Shown here: positions 25,601 through 39,539 of the stretch, one piece after another | Layout of the letters: each line of letters begins with the position of its first letter | Position numbering within the stretch: the first letter of the stretch is position 1 | Source: Sphagnum compactum | Taxonomy: Eukaryota | Reading direction: 5' to 3' | Length of the DNA: 64,000 bases | Assembly (NCBI GenBank): GCA_965153455.1 | Contig: OZ234493.1 | Span: forward strand, 20,822,213 to 20,886,212 | Notes under the pieces: model-generated | Told to the model about the DNA's origin: nothing | Databases searched by the model: none | The model's input: the letters and a program-made list of their open reading frames with translations, nothing else | Translations under genes and position numbers: made by a program

Positions 25601-27428
25601 AAACTAGGACTTACTCCAATTCAAGCTTTTTGAAAATACCCAAGTGAACAGACTTGAATATTGGCAGGGATCCACACTGGATCACAAAAGAAATGAGATG
25701 CAGACGAAGAAGAAACGACTGCAAATGTAAAACGAATTTGCAAAGATAAATGTTCTTTTGCTTCTCCATCAAGTAGTCTCTACCGACTCTGGGATTGTCG
25801 TCCACGGCGCATCAAACAGGCAGGATCATGGAGCTTGCGCTTTTCTTGCAGCGTGCGCCAAGTGACGCGAGTGGGTGCAGTCGTCGGCGATGCAGGGAAG
25901 ACGCAGAGAAGAAGAGCCGCAAGAAGTCCGTTCTTTGAGGAAATGGTAAAACAAGGGGTTCCCATCAAGTTCCCAAACTGTTCTTCAAGTTCCCAATAGC
26001 ACCGCATGTTTTTTTTAGTCGTGTTTGGCCACGGTTCAACTTTCATGTATATAACTTGTAAAAGGGGAACCAGGGGAACTGAGGGAGCATGACAAAGGGA
26101 TGTTTCTATTTTGACAATGGAAGCCTATTCAGTTTTCTATGTTGGGGAATGCCTCATGTTCAAGAAATATTGGTGATGGGCCAATCAAGTAGTTCCTTCT
26201 AAAAATTTAAAAAAAAAAAAAACTGTGGGTGCACCCCTCACTAATTAATAGAAGCATGTATAAGTACCTGAGGCTATTGGAAGGGGGTTATTAGGCTAGG
26301 GCAAAAATGGTGATGAACAAAGTTAGGAATATAAGTTTTGCTCCACCAATGAGACCCTGCATCATGCACCCAAGAGGAGGAGGTGGGTATTAGATTTTAT
26401 TTGGTTTTTGTTGTTCTTAGTGTAATCACAATATACCTTCCATACATTGTGAAGGGTGCCAAAGGGAAGTATGAATAAATTCATGCCCTTGCCATTAGCC
26501 TAGGCCAGATACGGCAAAGAACAAATGTAGGCAAGAAATTTCTTGCAGTCAGAGGAAGCCTGCATGCACCTTTGGGGTAGGAAGCAAGTTTGGCCAATTC
26601 AGTAAAGCAAAATGTCATTACATATAGTAAAGGACGTCGGGATGAAATGAAGCTTTCCATCCATTTGTTCGTCATCCATCCTGTCATCCATCCCATCATC
26701 CATCCAAACAGAACAAATATATATTTTTAAAAGGGAACAAACTAGAAAAAAAAAAAAAACAGAAAAACACTTTAACAATTAGAAACTTTTTGTAAACACT
26801 TAAACATGAAGCAAAAAGGGAAATACAGTAAAATAATCTTAAAAGAAAATTAAAAAGCATATGACAAAGAATAAGAAACAAAACAGAGAGCAAAAGAAAG
26901 AGAAAAAAAACCATACTTGAAAAAAAAAAAGAGGTTTGTCTTCTTTTTCCAAACTTCAAACCTGCATCTAATCAAACAAAAATAAAAAAGTTTTTAAAAT
27001 TATTTTTATTATAAAATATATTAGAAAAACTAGAATTTTTTTGGACTAGAAAATAGAAACTAAATAAATAAATAAATGCATAAAAATAGGAAAAAAATGA
27101 AGATAGACAAAATAAGAATAGAAAAAATTAAAACATGAAACAAACATAAACAAAAAAAACTAAAAACTAAAAAACTAAAAAAAAGGAATGGTAACAAATG
27201 AAACAAGGAAAGGGAAATACAGTAAAATCATTTTTTTAAAAAATTACAAAAAAGAAGAAACCAAATAAAGAGTAGAAAATAAGAAAAAATACAACTTATA
27301 ATAATGAAGAAAAACCCTACTTGAAAAAGAATGAGGTGTGTTTTCTTTCTCCAAACTTCAAACTTGCATCCAAATAAACAAAAATACAAAGGGGTTACAA
27401 AACCTAACTAACTATATAGAGCGAAACC

Positions 27429-28918
27429 CTAAACCATATCAATATCTATAATCTCGTGTTTAGTTCGGTATGCAGCTATTGCATTTGCAGCCTTTGCTAC
27501 ATGATGAATAGTGTAAAAATGGCGGCGTTGCATCTCAACCTGAACTGTATTGCAACAAATTCTTCCTGTGTTTGGTCCTGAACCCTATAAACACCCAAAA
27601 ACCACCAAATTAAACCCTAACACACCTTAAATGAAATGCGATAAAAAAACTGTAAACATTATTTATTGTTTTTTACCTTCCACAAATCATTCTAAATTCA
27701 TGAAAATCCAAAAATCTACCAACTATTTTGTCCGACTTGATTTACTCAACTCTCGATCCCAATTTTTGACATCCCATGCCGTCTTTAACTGTCGTGCATA
27801 TGCACAACGGGTGGATCGAATCATCCCTTGTAAGTCTTCATCCTTCTCCATCCGTGATGTTGCATCTCGAGGCACACTGCCCATGCCCCAAGCAGTAAGG
27901 CCCAACACCTTCAACAATTGCTTTGAAGCTAATTTGACCAAAGCTAGTTTTGGGAATGTTGGACATTGTTTTGCAACAGCTACTAGGTGATTCCACTCGC
28001 GTTGTGTTTGGCACGAGCGCGACTAGCAACCTTTTGATCATCCGCCCTTGCACAGCCATTGCATTTCCCAAGATGCGAACATTCATTTTGGCATGGTCTT
28101 GATGTCGAGGACCTCCTACAGCAGTTGAAGACCTCCCACGTTTCGCATTTTCTGCCACCAAGCCATGGACCTCCTTCAAATCCTTGGTTAACAACCATTT
28201 GGCACAATATGCGACACTACAAGTGCCAACTTTGCATTTCCATTTCGACCCAACCTTCGTCCATTCTTTGTCCTTCCAAGCCAAATTAGGTGGATAAAGA
28301 AGTGCAAGTGGCTGAAGAGCCTGGTCAGATTCAGGTTCCGGACCCAAACCAAAAAATGAGAGATCAAAAAACAGAATACAAGTATTACAAAACATAAAAT
28401 CACATAATCACATAATCACATACTATTCCTATAAACATGAACTGTTTTTAGGTATTGCAATAGAAAAATTTTGACAGAAAAAATCCCACACCTTCCAAAA
28501 AATGATGGAATGTGCGAATATAATTAAACTTAAAGAGAATTGTATAATTTTTTAAATTAGTATTTAATCTAATGTCCATAAATTCTAAAAAAATCTATTC
28601 CAAACTGTCATCCTTGTGTTTCAATTATGATAGAGCACCATTTTGCTCACCAATTGGCTGAACTAATGCAATACTACTTCGGTCACCAATTGCTTCATCT
28701 AATGCAACAATATTTTGCTCAACAGTTGCCACATCTCATGCAGCAACATGCGGTTCAACAACTGCCTCATCTCCTTCAGCAAAATTTGGTACAAAAATTG
28801 CTTCATCTCACACAGCAACATTTGGCAGAAGAATTACCTCATCTGATGCAGCAACATTTTCCTTCTTGACTTCCAACTCACCACCACCGTTTTTCCTTAG
28901 TCTTCTTTCCCTAGCCAT
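27429..28918 (-). pseudogene. MULE-borne C2H2 zinc-finger gene, copy 1 (disabled)
   Basis: Homologous to 40877-42389. In-frame TGA in exon 1 (~28809), frameshift near 28045 (VQGRMIK instead of VQRRNDQK), and the first finger His replaced by Asp. Confidence 0.8.
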
Positions 28919-29029
28919 TATAACCTCCAACCCTAAAGAAAAAACCACCAGTTATTGTTAAATGTTAATTCTAATGAACTAAACCATAAGCAACAACAAA
29001 GAAAAATAAATCCGCCACCATAGAGGAAG

Positions 29030-30500
29030 TTGACGACATTGCTGCTGTCACCTTCTTCGTAGCAAAAACCACTAAAGAAAGGCGGAGGTCGCCATTTCCT
29101 TGCAGCAAAGCCATTGAAAAAGGTGGCGGCAGTTGTCGTCTTCTTCTTCTTTAATATAAAGTTGCAGCCTTCATTGCTATACTATAAGGGAAAAAAAAGA
29201 AGCAACAAAACAAAAGAAGAAGAAAGGTGATGGCAGCTTTGTTGTCATCGCCTTCTTCTTTGCACCTTCTTGCGTAGCAACAAACAAAAAGGAAGAAGGC
29301 GACGATTTCAGAAGAGGAAGAACAATGCGATGACAGCGTTGTTGTCGTTATCTTCTTTATTGCGCTACGCTCCAGTGTAGCTCCACAACAAGAAGAAGAA
29401 GGTGATGGCAGTTGTTGTTGCCTTCTTCGCTGGGCTGTAGTGCAGCTCCACAAGAGGAAGAAGAAGGTGACGGAAGCTGCCGTCACCTTCTGCTGCGCTA
29501 CAGCGCAACAAAACAAGAAGAAGAAGAAAGGCGATGTCAGCTATGCTGCCGTCACCTTCTTCTTTCCAATTTCTTCTGCTCCACAAAAAAGAAGAAGAAG
29601 GCACAGCTCTGATAGAGAACAAAAGCGACGACAGCCTTTTTTATAGAGCGGCGTTACAACGCAGCTTCAGAAGAGGAAGAAGAACAAGAAGGCGACGGCA
29701 ACGTTGCTGCCATCGTCTTCTTCATTGCGCTGTAATGCAGCTCCATAATAAGAAGATGGCAACAGAAGTTGCCGTCGCCTTCTTCGCTACACTCCATTGC
29801 AGCTCCACAAGAGGAAGAAGAAGGTGACACCAGGTGTCGTCGCCTTTTTTTGCTGCGTTGCAGCATAGCAAAACAAGAGGAAGAAGAAAGTGACGACAGT
29901 TATGGCCTTCTTTTTTGCGAAATCTTATGCTGCACAAAGAAGAAGAAGAAGAAGAAGAAGAAGGTGATGGCAACAACGCTGCCATCGCCTTCTTCTTCTT
30001 CTTTTTTCTTGCAACACAAAGAAGAATAAGAAGGCGACGGCAGCGTTGTTGTTGTTGCCTTCTTTGTTACGTTGCGTTGTAGTGTTGTTCTAGTAGAGGA
30101 AGAAGAAAACAGCGTTGTTGCCGTTGCCTTCTTTATGGAGCTGCGCTGCAACGCAGCTCCACAAGAGGAAGAAGAAGGCGACGGCAGCTGTTGTCACCTT
30201 CTTCGTTGCGTTGCAACGTAGCTCCACAACAGGAAAAAGAAGGCGACGACAAGTGCTGTCGCCTTCTTCTTCTTCTTGTGGAGCTGCACTGCACAAGTTA
30301 CGTTGTTGCCATTGCTTTCTTCTTCCTCTTCTTCTGCTGCGTTGCAGCGCAGCTCCACGAAGAAGCCGACGGCAACATTGTTGTTGTCGCCTTTTTCTTC
30401 CTCTATGGAGCTTTGTTGCAGCGCAGCAGAAGAAGGCGACGGTTGCCGTCACCTTCTTTTTCTTGTTTTTTCTTGCAATGCAAAGAAGGAGAAGGTAAAC
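29030..30500. repeat. Array of short hairpin repeats (GAAGAAGGCGACGGCA...TGCCGTCGCCTTCTTC), eroded copy
   Basis: Same motif as 39540-40790, with many CG to TG/CA changes. Confidence 0.8.
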
Positions 30501-33109
30501 AAACAAACAAGACAAAAGAAAGGATGCATACCTGGGTCCCGTGTGGGTCCTGTTCGAGCTCCAGCCACAGCTCTCCAGCTCCCCAGCTCCCCAGCTCCCC
30601 AGCTCCAATAGCTCCAGCTCTAGGCATGCTTTAGCTCCAACTAGAATTCTAGCTTCAGGCTCGCTCCCAGTCGACGGCTTTGGAGCTCTGGCGATGGAGT
30701 GAGGGTGGGAGGGGGTGGTAGGTGGTAGGTAGGAGGGGGGAGGTAGGTGTTAGGTAGGTTGGGGGAGGAAGATGGTAGGTATGAGGGGGGGGGGTAGGTG
30801 GTAGGTAGGAGGGGGAAAAGTTTTGGGTAGAGAAGAGGTTGAAAACAAAAATACATGCAGGCAGGGAGGATGGGATTTTTGTTCATCCGCAAAACGGCTC
30901 CAATGGGCTCATCTGCAATTGGTGCATTAGTGGCTACTGGTTCACTGTAGCCAATCAAGAGTTGTTTTCAACGAAACTAGTTGGAACCCCATGCCTACTG
31001 CACAGGGGTGTTATTTCAACATTGTTTGGTTCATGTTTTAGCTTTTTAAAAAAAATTTATCTTTCTAATTTTTAATTTTAGGGTGTTTTTTGTTTTATTA
31101 TTATTTTGTATAATAAAAATAAAGTGTTTCTTTTTCACTCTAGTAATTTTTCATGCACCCATTTTTGTACATCTTTTATCAATATAATAATATCTTCTAC
31201 TCACACTTGTTTTATGGGTATATGGTTAATCACATGTCTTCTTTGTCATAATTTTCTTAGTATTTGAGATGTAAAAATCAAACTAAAGATCAAAATGAAC
31301 ATTATGCAATATTTACATCTAATATAATAGGATTCACATCACCTGAAGAGTTTTAAAACAATACACACATTTTAAACATATAATACTTACATCATTTTCA
31401 ATTATAAATTCCATAAGGAGATTTTCAAATATGTAATACCCGCATATAAGTCTTAAAATAGCCGCCTGCATTTTGCATTCATTGCAATACCCGCATATAA
31501 GTCCCATAATTGCCGCTGGCATTTTGCATTCCTTGTAATACTCGCATATGGGCCACAAATAGTTGCTAACATTCTTCATTCGTTGTAATACCCGCATATG
31601 GGTCCCATGGTATTCGTTAGGTTTTTCTAACATTCCTTGCAATACCTGCATATAATTTCCATAATAGCCGCTGGTTTTTTTTTGCATCTCTTGCAATACC
31701 CACATATAAGTCCCATAATAGTTGTTAGTTTTTTTCATTCATTGCAAAACTTACATTTTGTCATAAAATTAATTCAGAATAATAATTAATTTAGGTATTT
31801 AAAGAGACATATTTTGGGTACCCAAAGCACTTGTTAATTATTTTGAAATGACGTTATATGCAGGTATTGCATTTAGGGTTTAGGGTCTTCACATAAGGTT
31901 TGCCTCAATCACCTATGGATTATTTTAGTATGAACTTGCATGTATTGCATGTAGGCCTTGGTCTTCATTCAAAGGCGCACCCAAACTACATATTGGGTAT
32001 TTCAAAGCGATTTTACATGTGGGTATTACATTTAAGGTTGCCCTTTCATTGTAGGTTTTACCTTATTCACCTATGGGTTATTTTGAAATGACCTTGAATA
32101 TGGTTATTGCATTTAGGGTTAAGGTTTCGTATAATTTTGACCCACTATATGATTATTTTAACCAAGAATTTATTTACTATATATCAGAAAAGTATATAAT
32201 AAAATTTCAATCAAACATAGGATTAATATGTTGGAGAGATCATTTTTATTATTATGTGAAACATGAAAGAAAAGTAGCAATTTATGTGCTTTGATTTTTT
32301 TTTAAACATAGTTTAAAATCTTATTAAATTAGAGACTTTATATTATGTTTTTTGAATTCAGTATACAACTTTAAAAGGGGGGGAAAAGAAATGAACACCT
32401 TTGAAGAAATTTTAAGCTTGAACTTTTTATTTTTTGATCTCAACAAACTTTGTATTGCATTCAGGGTTGGGTTTTCACATAAGGTTTGTTTTTTACCTTT
32501 GTGTGATAACTCCAACCTAATTTTCCCAATCTCTTTGAAGAAAATATAGAATGAGATTGTATTGTTTCACATATGTCTAAACCCAAAAACTTTCCCCCCA
32601 ATTTAATATAAAATATTTATGATAATTAATGTATTATCAAGAAATTTTGTCATATAATTAAAAAATTAATAGACCATTATTTCACATAATTTAGATGATT
32701 AATTATCAAGAATTAGATAATCATTTATTTATTTGAAATAATTAACTAATCATTTGGCTTAACTTTATTTACTTGGATAATAAAAAGTTGGATCTAAAAA
32801 TCAGATTGATTAATTTGATATTTGATTGATTAACTTAAGTATATTTTTGTTTTAGTAAGTTATTGAAATCACTATTTAAGATAATTATTCCATGTTATAG
32901 ATTGTAAGTTGAGTTTTTTCATGAAAAATTCCTACACCAAGATAAGCTTGATCACAATTTGTCATTGTATTATTTGTTCCACAAACAAATATAACCTCTT
33001 TTCAAATCCATGAAACAATGTAAGAATCATGGAACTCCTAATCAACAACCCTAACCTCTATACACACCTTTGTTAACATATTAATTTGAAATTAACTAAT
33101 TATTTTGGG

Positions 33110-33535
33110 GTGACCCAAAATGCATGTATTGCATTTAAGGTAGGATCTTGTATAAGATGCTTAAACCCCACATGCGTATTTTTGGTGTGACCTAAAATAC
33201 AGATATTGCATTTAAGGTAGGATCTTGTATAAAGATGTTTAAACCTCACATGCAAACTTTCGAAATGGCCCAAAATGTAGGTATTGCATTTAGGGTAGGA
33301 TCTTCGTATAAAGAAGGCTTAAACCCCACATGCATATTTTTGGTGTGACCCAAAATGCAGGTATTACATTTAGGGTAGGATCTTCGTATAAAGATGCTTA
33401 AACCCCACATGCATACTTTCGAAATGGCCCAAAATGCAGGTATTGCATTTAGGGTAGGGTCTTCGGATAAAGAAGGCTTAAACCCCACATGCGTATTTTT
33501 GGTGTGACCCAAATGCAGGTATTGCATTTAGGGTT
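33110..33535. repeat. ~80-bp subterminal tandem repeat of the MULE (CCCAAAATGCAGGTATTGCATTTAGGGTAGGATCTTCGTATAAAG...), 5-6 copies
   Basis: Direct periodicity of about 80 bp. Confidence 0.85.
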
Positions 33536-34442
33536 TAAGGTAATTAATAGGGTAGCTAGGTTAGTAGGGTAGGTGGTTAGTACAGTAGCTAGGTCAATAG
33601 GATAACTAGTTATTAGGGTAGCTGTGTCAGTAGGGGATAATAAATAAGGTACCAAGGTTGGTGCAGTACTTATGAAGGTAGAAAAGTGAGCACGGTAGCT
33701 ATGTGTGAGGTCAGGTCCAGGGAAAAACGACCAAGAACCAAAAAAAAGAAAGTACAATGGTCAGCAGCAAAAAGAAATGGACTGTCATGAACCCTATCCG
33801 GCACCGAATGAAAAAACACAAGGCATCCAGTGGACAGAATGGCCAATTGTTGCATTGATGGCTGCTAGTTCACTCTGGCCCTCTTGATTCAAGTTGTTAC
33901 ACAAACAAGGGGTGCGTCACACTGTGGATTTTAGGTAGAAGCTTGCAATTTTACTACAGAAATATAAGAGTGATTGTTTAACATCATGGGATAAAGGTCA
34001 TGGGATAAAGTGTGTTGTGCTATTGGGAACATCTTGAGAACTTGGGGAACATATCAGGAATGCATTAGGACACAGTGGGAACTTAATGTGAACATATTGA
34101 AAACTTGATGGAAGCTTGGTGGGAACATATTGGGAACATCAAAATCCAAAAAATCCACTCTTGAAAAACACTTCTTTGAATATATGTGTAATAGAATTCT
34201 CCTTTTGTTATCATTGCATTCACCCAGTCTATTTAACTTGTTGCTAAATGATTTTTTTCATGAAATCATAAAACTTCAAGTGTAAGCAAAGTAGAGTGTA
34301 TTGTGATGCACTTCTTTTCAATGACTTTTATTACCAAAGAAAAACCTATGTTTTCTGCTAATTTCCATTTCTGATATTAAAATTTTCAATTGAATATCGA
34401 ACATATATATATATAATGCATATGCATTTCTCCAAAAGTAGC

Positions 34443-36362
34443 TTACACTATGGTGTCAAGAACAGAAGAAAATGTTGTGAACTCAAGGTCCGGGTACAAT
34501 TCTGTTGCTTGTACATCCTCTGGTCCAAGCTCGAAAAGATTATCTCCCTTCACAAAGTTAGAGAATGCAAAAGCTGGGAGAATAAAATCTGGAAATGGAA
34601 GCTCTGCAAAGTTCACAACCATGTAATGTTTTGCAAGCCATTAAGTTTCCCATTTAGTTTCAAAGGTAGTACTCTCAATGACGGTCCACTTTTAAATCAA
34701 GTTAAAAGAAGATGAAATTTACAACAGAATAATATTATAAAAACTTGCTCCTATCCCAACTTATGTGAGCTAAGTGGTACCTCATATAAATATAAACATA
34801 AATAAATAAATAACAATAAAGTAGATATGCATTTAAAGAATCATCAGCATTATTTCTTACCATCCAACTGTGCTCGTATGATGGATTCGGGGATGTAGTT
34901 TTTCTCAAGGTTGTGACCGATTTTCTTCTCAAACAACTCCACAACCTCATTCAAACTCAAAATGTTGGTCTTTGGACGAATCACAAGTTGTTTATTCAGA
35001 GTCCGGGGATCGTCAATCGCATTGATAGTAGCCAGTGCAACATCATCCTCAGCAACAAAAATTGCTGTGCCAAGAGTAGAAAGTTTAAGAAATTAGAAGA
35101 CATAAATGAATGATTCAAATATCTCAAAAATTAGTGCTATTCCACATAATTTGGAAGCAAATTCATCATTTTTGTTACCTTTCACATTCCCATCACCAAA
35201 TATGGTGACTTTGTCACTTGGCGGCACTTGCAAATTCCCTTTGAAAAACAAGGACACAAAATAGGCAATGAAGCCATTGCTGTTCACAAATGTGTAGGGA
35301 ATTCCTGCCTCCCTTATAGCATTGCGAATCTCAACCTTGGGATGAAACACAGCTTGAACGGCTTTTGTTTTATCAACTCTCTCAACATCAGTCCCAAATT
35401 CTGAAGGCAGAAATCTCTACAAAATCATGCACACAAGACAAATTACATACAACACTCTTAGAAGTAGCTTTGGAAATAGCTTGGAAATGGGTTGTGTTCA
35501 CTTTGTTTGCAATATATTTCACTTTGCTTGGAAATGGGTTGTGTTTCACTTTGTTTGCATATATATGAAAAAGTTGCATTTTCATTTATTTACAAGAGAT
35601 AAGTCATAACTCACAATGATATTGCTGCTGGAAAAAGAACTCACAATATATACTCTATGCACTATCCCACATAGGTTTTCTGAGTTACAAAAATTACAAT
35701 TAAACTGATCTACATCCAACATTATCCTTGAAAGAAAATACATAAATGGAGATTCGTAGACATACCTTGATATGTCCCACTTCCTTGATTGCTTTGATAA
35801 GATTGAGTTGGTCCAACACTTGTGGCATTCCAAGAGCAGAGATTACCACATCGACTTGCTTCAGTGCTGCAACAATGCTCTCTTTGTCTCCAATGTCCCC
35901 CTTTCATTGCCAAGAACAAAATAAAACTAATTTCTATTGGTTTAGATGAAAAACAAAGATCCTAGTCTCGCCCTAATGTTATGGAACACACTCAGAGTTA
36001 GTATAACATATAGTACTCCAATGTTCCCTGTAAGTATGTAAGTTAAGTAATGAAATCAACACAATTTACAAGAATAAACCCACAAAGGATTCAGGAACAA
36101 AAAATTTCCTCAAAAATATGAATAGCCTTGGTGTATACATAGCTTGACAAGAAAAAAAACAAGGGTAATTCCAGGTGTCTCATACATGTAAGATTGTGAT
36201 CCCAGCTGCTGTAAATGAGTCGAGTAGCTCCTTTTTGGAAGTGTCCAAAGTGGCTGGTCGAACTAGAATAAAAGTGGGATGACCCAATTGAGCACTTGTC
36301 TTTGCAATGTACTTCCCAATGTATCCCGTAGCTCCAAGCACCAAAACACGGCTCTTCCCCAT
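34443..36362 (-). CDS. Isoflavone reductase-like / PCBER-like NADPH-dependent reductase (NmrA-like, PIP family), 304 aa
   Basis: Five GT-AG exons with consistent phases (36362-36186, 35900-35766, 35416-35179, 35064-34861, 34603-34443; 915 nt). Motifs VLVLGATGYIG, KQVDVVIS, RFLPSEFG, conserved Lys in FHPKVEIR, IFGDGNVK and DDPRTLNK. Confidence 0.93.
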
Positions 36363-38043
36363 TTTGGCGATTATTCTGTCATCATTGATCCAAGGATTAA
36401 TTTCCAATGAGAAGGATCTGAAAATAACTACATAATAAGTCTTCTTGTATTCCAATCCTCTGATAGTTGCAAGATTCATGAACAAATATCCACCTTCTGA
36501 AGCACACACAAGTTATAATATTAGATGCATCTGCAGAAACTCTTCGGTATGCCCAAGACCAAAGTGCATGACCATTGGAATCTGCCAGAACGCAAACAAC
36601 AAACTCTCTGTTTTCTTTTCTTTTTTTGGTGCTTTCATGAACTGTCTACCAATCCACCATCTAGAATGTAGTATCTACTTGAGAAGCTGATCCAAAGAGA
36701 AGAGAAATTCACCTTTCTTTCACACACTTCAACGTATTGAACTTCTAAGTACAAAAGACGAAGATGGCAGAAGGAATTGTTGAAATCCTGGACTATACAG
36801 ATTAGCTTGTAATTTGAATCCCAATAATGATTGCCCTTTGCTTTTTTTGCTTTCAATATGCTTCTGACTCTGGTAAAGCAAAGCTGAAAGACAGCAGAAA
36901 TAAGATTGTAAACAAAGGATCTGGAAAGAGAAGCTCTAGTGGCCACAACACTTGTGTGTTCCCAATCACCCTGAAACCTCACCTCTTTATACACTCTGGG
37001 TCCTTTTGTGCCTGGGGAAAAAGACACAAAAAACCTGTGTGTGGATTTTTGGACTTTTTTTTTTCACTCGTTTTGTGCGAGCTTTGCACTCTTCTGTTAA
37101 AATCTACTTAGAGATTGAAAATCTTATTGGCCTTGGTGGGTTTTTAAATAATAAACTAGACTTGTGGGTTTTATTCAAAAAAGGGCAAAGAAGGGAATTT
37201 TTATTTATTATTCTTATTATTTCTGGATGAATCTTTTATTTATTTTTCACACGGACCCAAGGAGACCTCACCCACCTTGAAGCTTCAGTCACGCAATAAA
37301 TAAAACATATTTTTTTGTGCTTCGTGAACCTTCATTGCCATTTTCTTGCAAATCAAAATTTCCCTTTCTGCCAGGAAGAATTATTTGCAATCTCTTTGCA
37401 ACCTGCCCCTAAGAGGGTGGGACATCTAGGGAACCGTATTTGAGAACATTTCAGGAACTTGATGTGAACACATTGGGAGCAAGGGCAAAAAACAAAAAAT
37501 CCCTTGTCTCCCCCCCCCTTCGAAAGGAAAAAAAGGACCATTCTCGTTGGCTGCATGAAATTCCTCTTTCCAAAAATGTTCATCACTAATTTTGTGCCTG
37601 GGCTACGCTAATGCCAATTCTTAAGAACTGGGGGTACTTATTTTGTTAGTTTTATTAATTAGTTATGGGGCGTATGTCCAAAGTGATTTAAATATTATTT
37701 TTTGGAGATAGTTTGTGTTCGAGCTTTTTGGATTGGCCCATCACCCCAAAAAAAAAACACCCACACTATGGATATTTGGAAAAGAAAAGACTATGTAGCC
37801 TTTTTCCTTTGGTCTAGCTGTATAGGTTACAAAGGTAGGATTTTGGGCAAAGGAATACAGTGTGGTGCCTATTGGGAACTCATGGGGAACTATAGAATGC
37901 ATTGGGAACAGCATTGAGAACCTGGTGGGAACACCAAAATCCCCCCAAAAGTCACAATTCCTCCCACCTTCAAAGGAATAAGAAAACTGGGCCCTCCTGG
38001 CTGTATATGGAGCCATGTGATTCGATAAGTGAAAATTTATTCC

Positions 38044-38836
38044 TGAAACTGTTTGTCACCAATTTTTGTTGTGGGTAATACACCTGGCCCCTTCCTGAAT
38101 GAGCGTAATACACCCACCCTATTGCCGCTACCCCTTTAATTCGTCTCATGCATTAAAAATACGTGAGGCAGATAGGTGCTTGTTCAATGAAGGTGGACAT
38201 TTTGGGGTCGAAACTGTTGCTGAAATTTCACCTTCGTGCTTCAAGATGCCTTGCTTGCGGCACACGACAGCAAGTGGTATAATATTTTCTAATTCCATGG
38301 GGGCCAATGAAACTGTTTGTCACCAATTTTTGTTGTAGATAATACACCTGGCCCCTTCCTGAATGAGCGTAGTGACCTACCCTATTGCCGCTACCCCTTT
38401 AATTCGTCTCATGCATTAAAAATACGTGAGGCAGATAGGTGCTTGTTCAATGAAGGTGGACATTTTGGGGTCGAAACTGTTGCTGAAATTTCACCTTCGT
38501 GCTTCAAGATGCCTTGCTTGCGGCACACGACAGCAAGTGGTATAATATTTTCTAATTCCATGGGGGCCAATGAAACTGTTTGTCACCAATTTTTGTTGTA
38601 GATAATACACCTGGCCCCTTCCTGAATGAGCGTAGTGACCTACCCTATTGCCGCTACCCCTTTAATTCGTCTCATGCATTAAAAATACGTGAGGCATATA
38701 GGTGCTTGTTCAATGAAGGTGGACATTTTGGGGTCGAAACTGTTGCTGAAATTTCACTTTCGTGCTTCAAGTTGCCTTGCTTGCGGCACACGACAGCAAG
38801 TGGTATAATATTTTCTAATTCCATGGGGGCCAATGA
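38044..38836. repeat. Near-perfect tandem triplication of a 263-264-bp unit
   Basis: Units start at 38044, 38308 and 38571 and differ by only a few bases. Confidence 0.95.
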
Positions 38837-39539
38837 CTAAATACCATAGTACCTTGGCAACTTCAACACATGTTTGTTAAATAATTAATTAATTTTGAAA
38901 TTTTCATTTTCACAAATAAAAAATTCATGATGATTCCATATTTTCCTGGAATTTTTATTTTTCCTTTTGTAGTTTTTCAGGAAACTTTCAACCTTCTTGA
39001 AAATAATTATTGTTGAAGTTAGCCGAGGTAGCAGGGTAAGTAAGTGCAACAAATTAAATGCATCTCAGCAAGGTAGTTTGTTTTGATTTGTCAAGTTGAG
39101 GTCTCCCGAACCATGGCATTTCATGCCAAGCTCTTGATATCAATGGAAAGCTATCCATGAGGGCTGGAGTGAACCAGCAACCACCAATGCACCAGTTGAG
39201 GATGAGCCTGTTCAGCTCGTTTTGCGGATGAACATCCTCCCTGCCCGTGGGGGGTTTTTTTTTTCACCTCCTCTCTGCCCCACCTACCTCCCCCCTCCCT
39301 CCTACCTACCACCTACCTCCCCCCTCCTACCTACCACCTACCAACCCCACCCCCCCTCACTCCATTGCCAGAGCTCGAGCTGTGGCTGTGGAGCTCGAGC
39401 TGTGGAGCGGGAGCTGTGGAGCCGGTGGTTGTGCGGCTAGAGCGGAGCGGGACCCACGCGCCCACAAAGAGGTAAAATGCTTTGAGCTTTTTTTTGGTTT
39501 TTTTTGTTTGTTTTGTTTGAAGAAGGCATTGTTCCCTTC

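Larger units (their letters stand above)
27385..33880. mobile_element. Non-autonomous MULE copy 1 (no transposase); left ~3.7 kb inverted
   Basis: Left TIR in reverse orientation ends at 30952 and right TIR ends at 33880. The 9-bp TSD CTCTTGATT (33881-33889) appears reverse-complemented as AATCAAGAG (30953-30961). 27385-30952 matches the reverse complement of 39162-42425; 31141-33110 matches 42511-44420; 33540-33880 matches 57232-57572. Confidence 0.88.

Noticed and set aside
28627-28869. Gln/His/Leu-rich ORF on the plus strand
   Set aside because: Antisense reading of the 36-bp repeats in exon 1 of the zinc-finger pseudogene.
38099-38840. Three similar 79-94 aa ORFs
   Set aside because: Products of the 263-bp triplication, with no recognisable domain.
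39159-39161. TIR starting at GAGGGC
   Set aside because: The TSD match in copy 1 shows the termini begin at GGC; the preceding GAG belongs to the flank.
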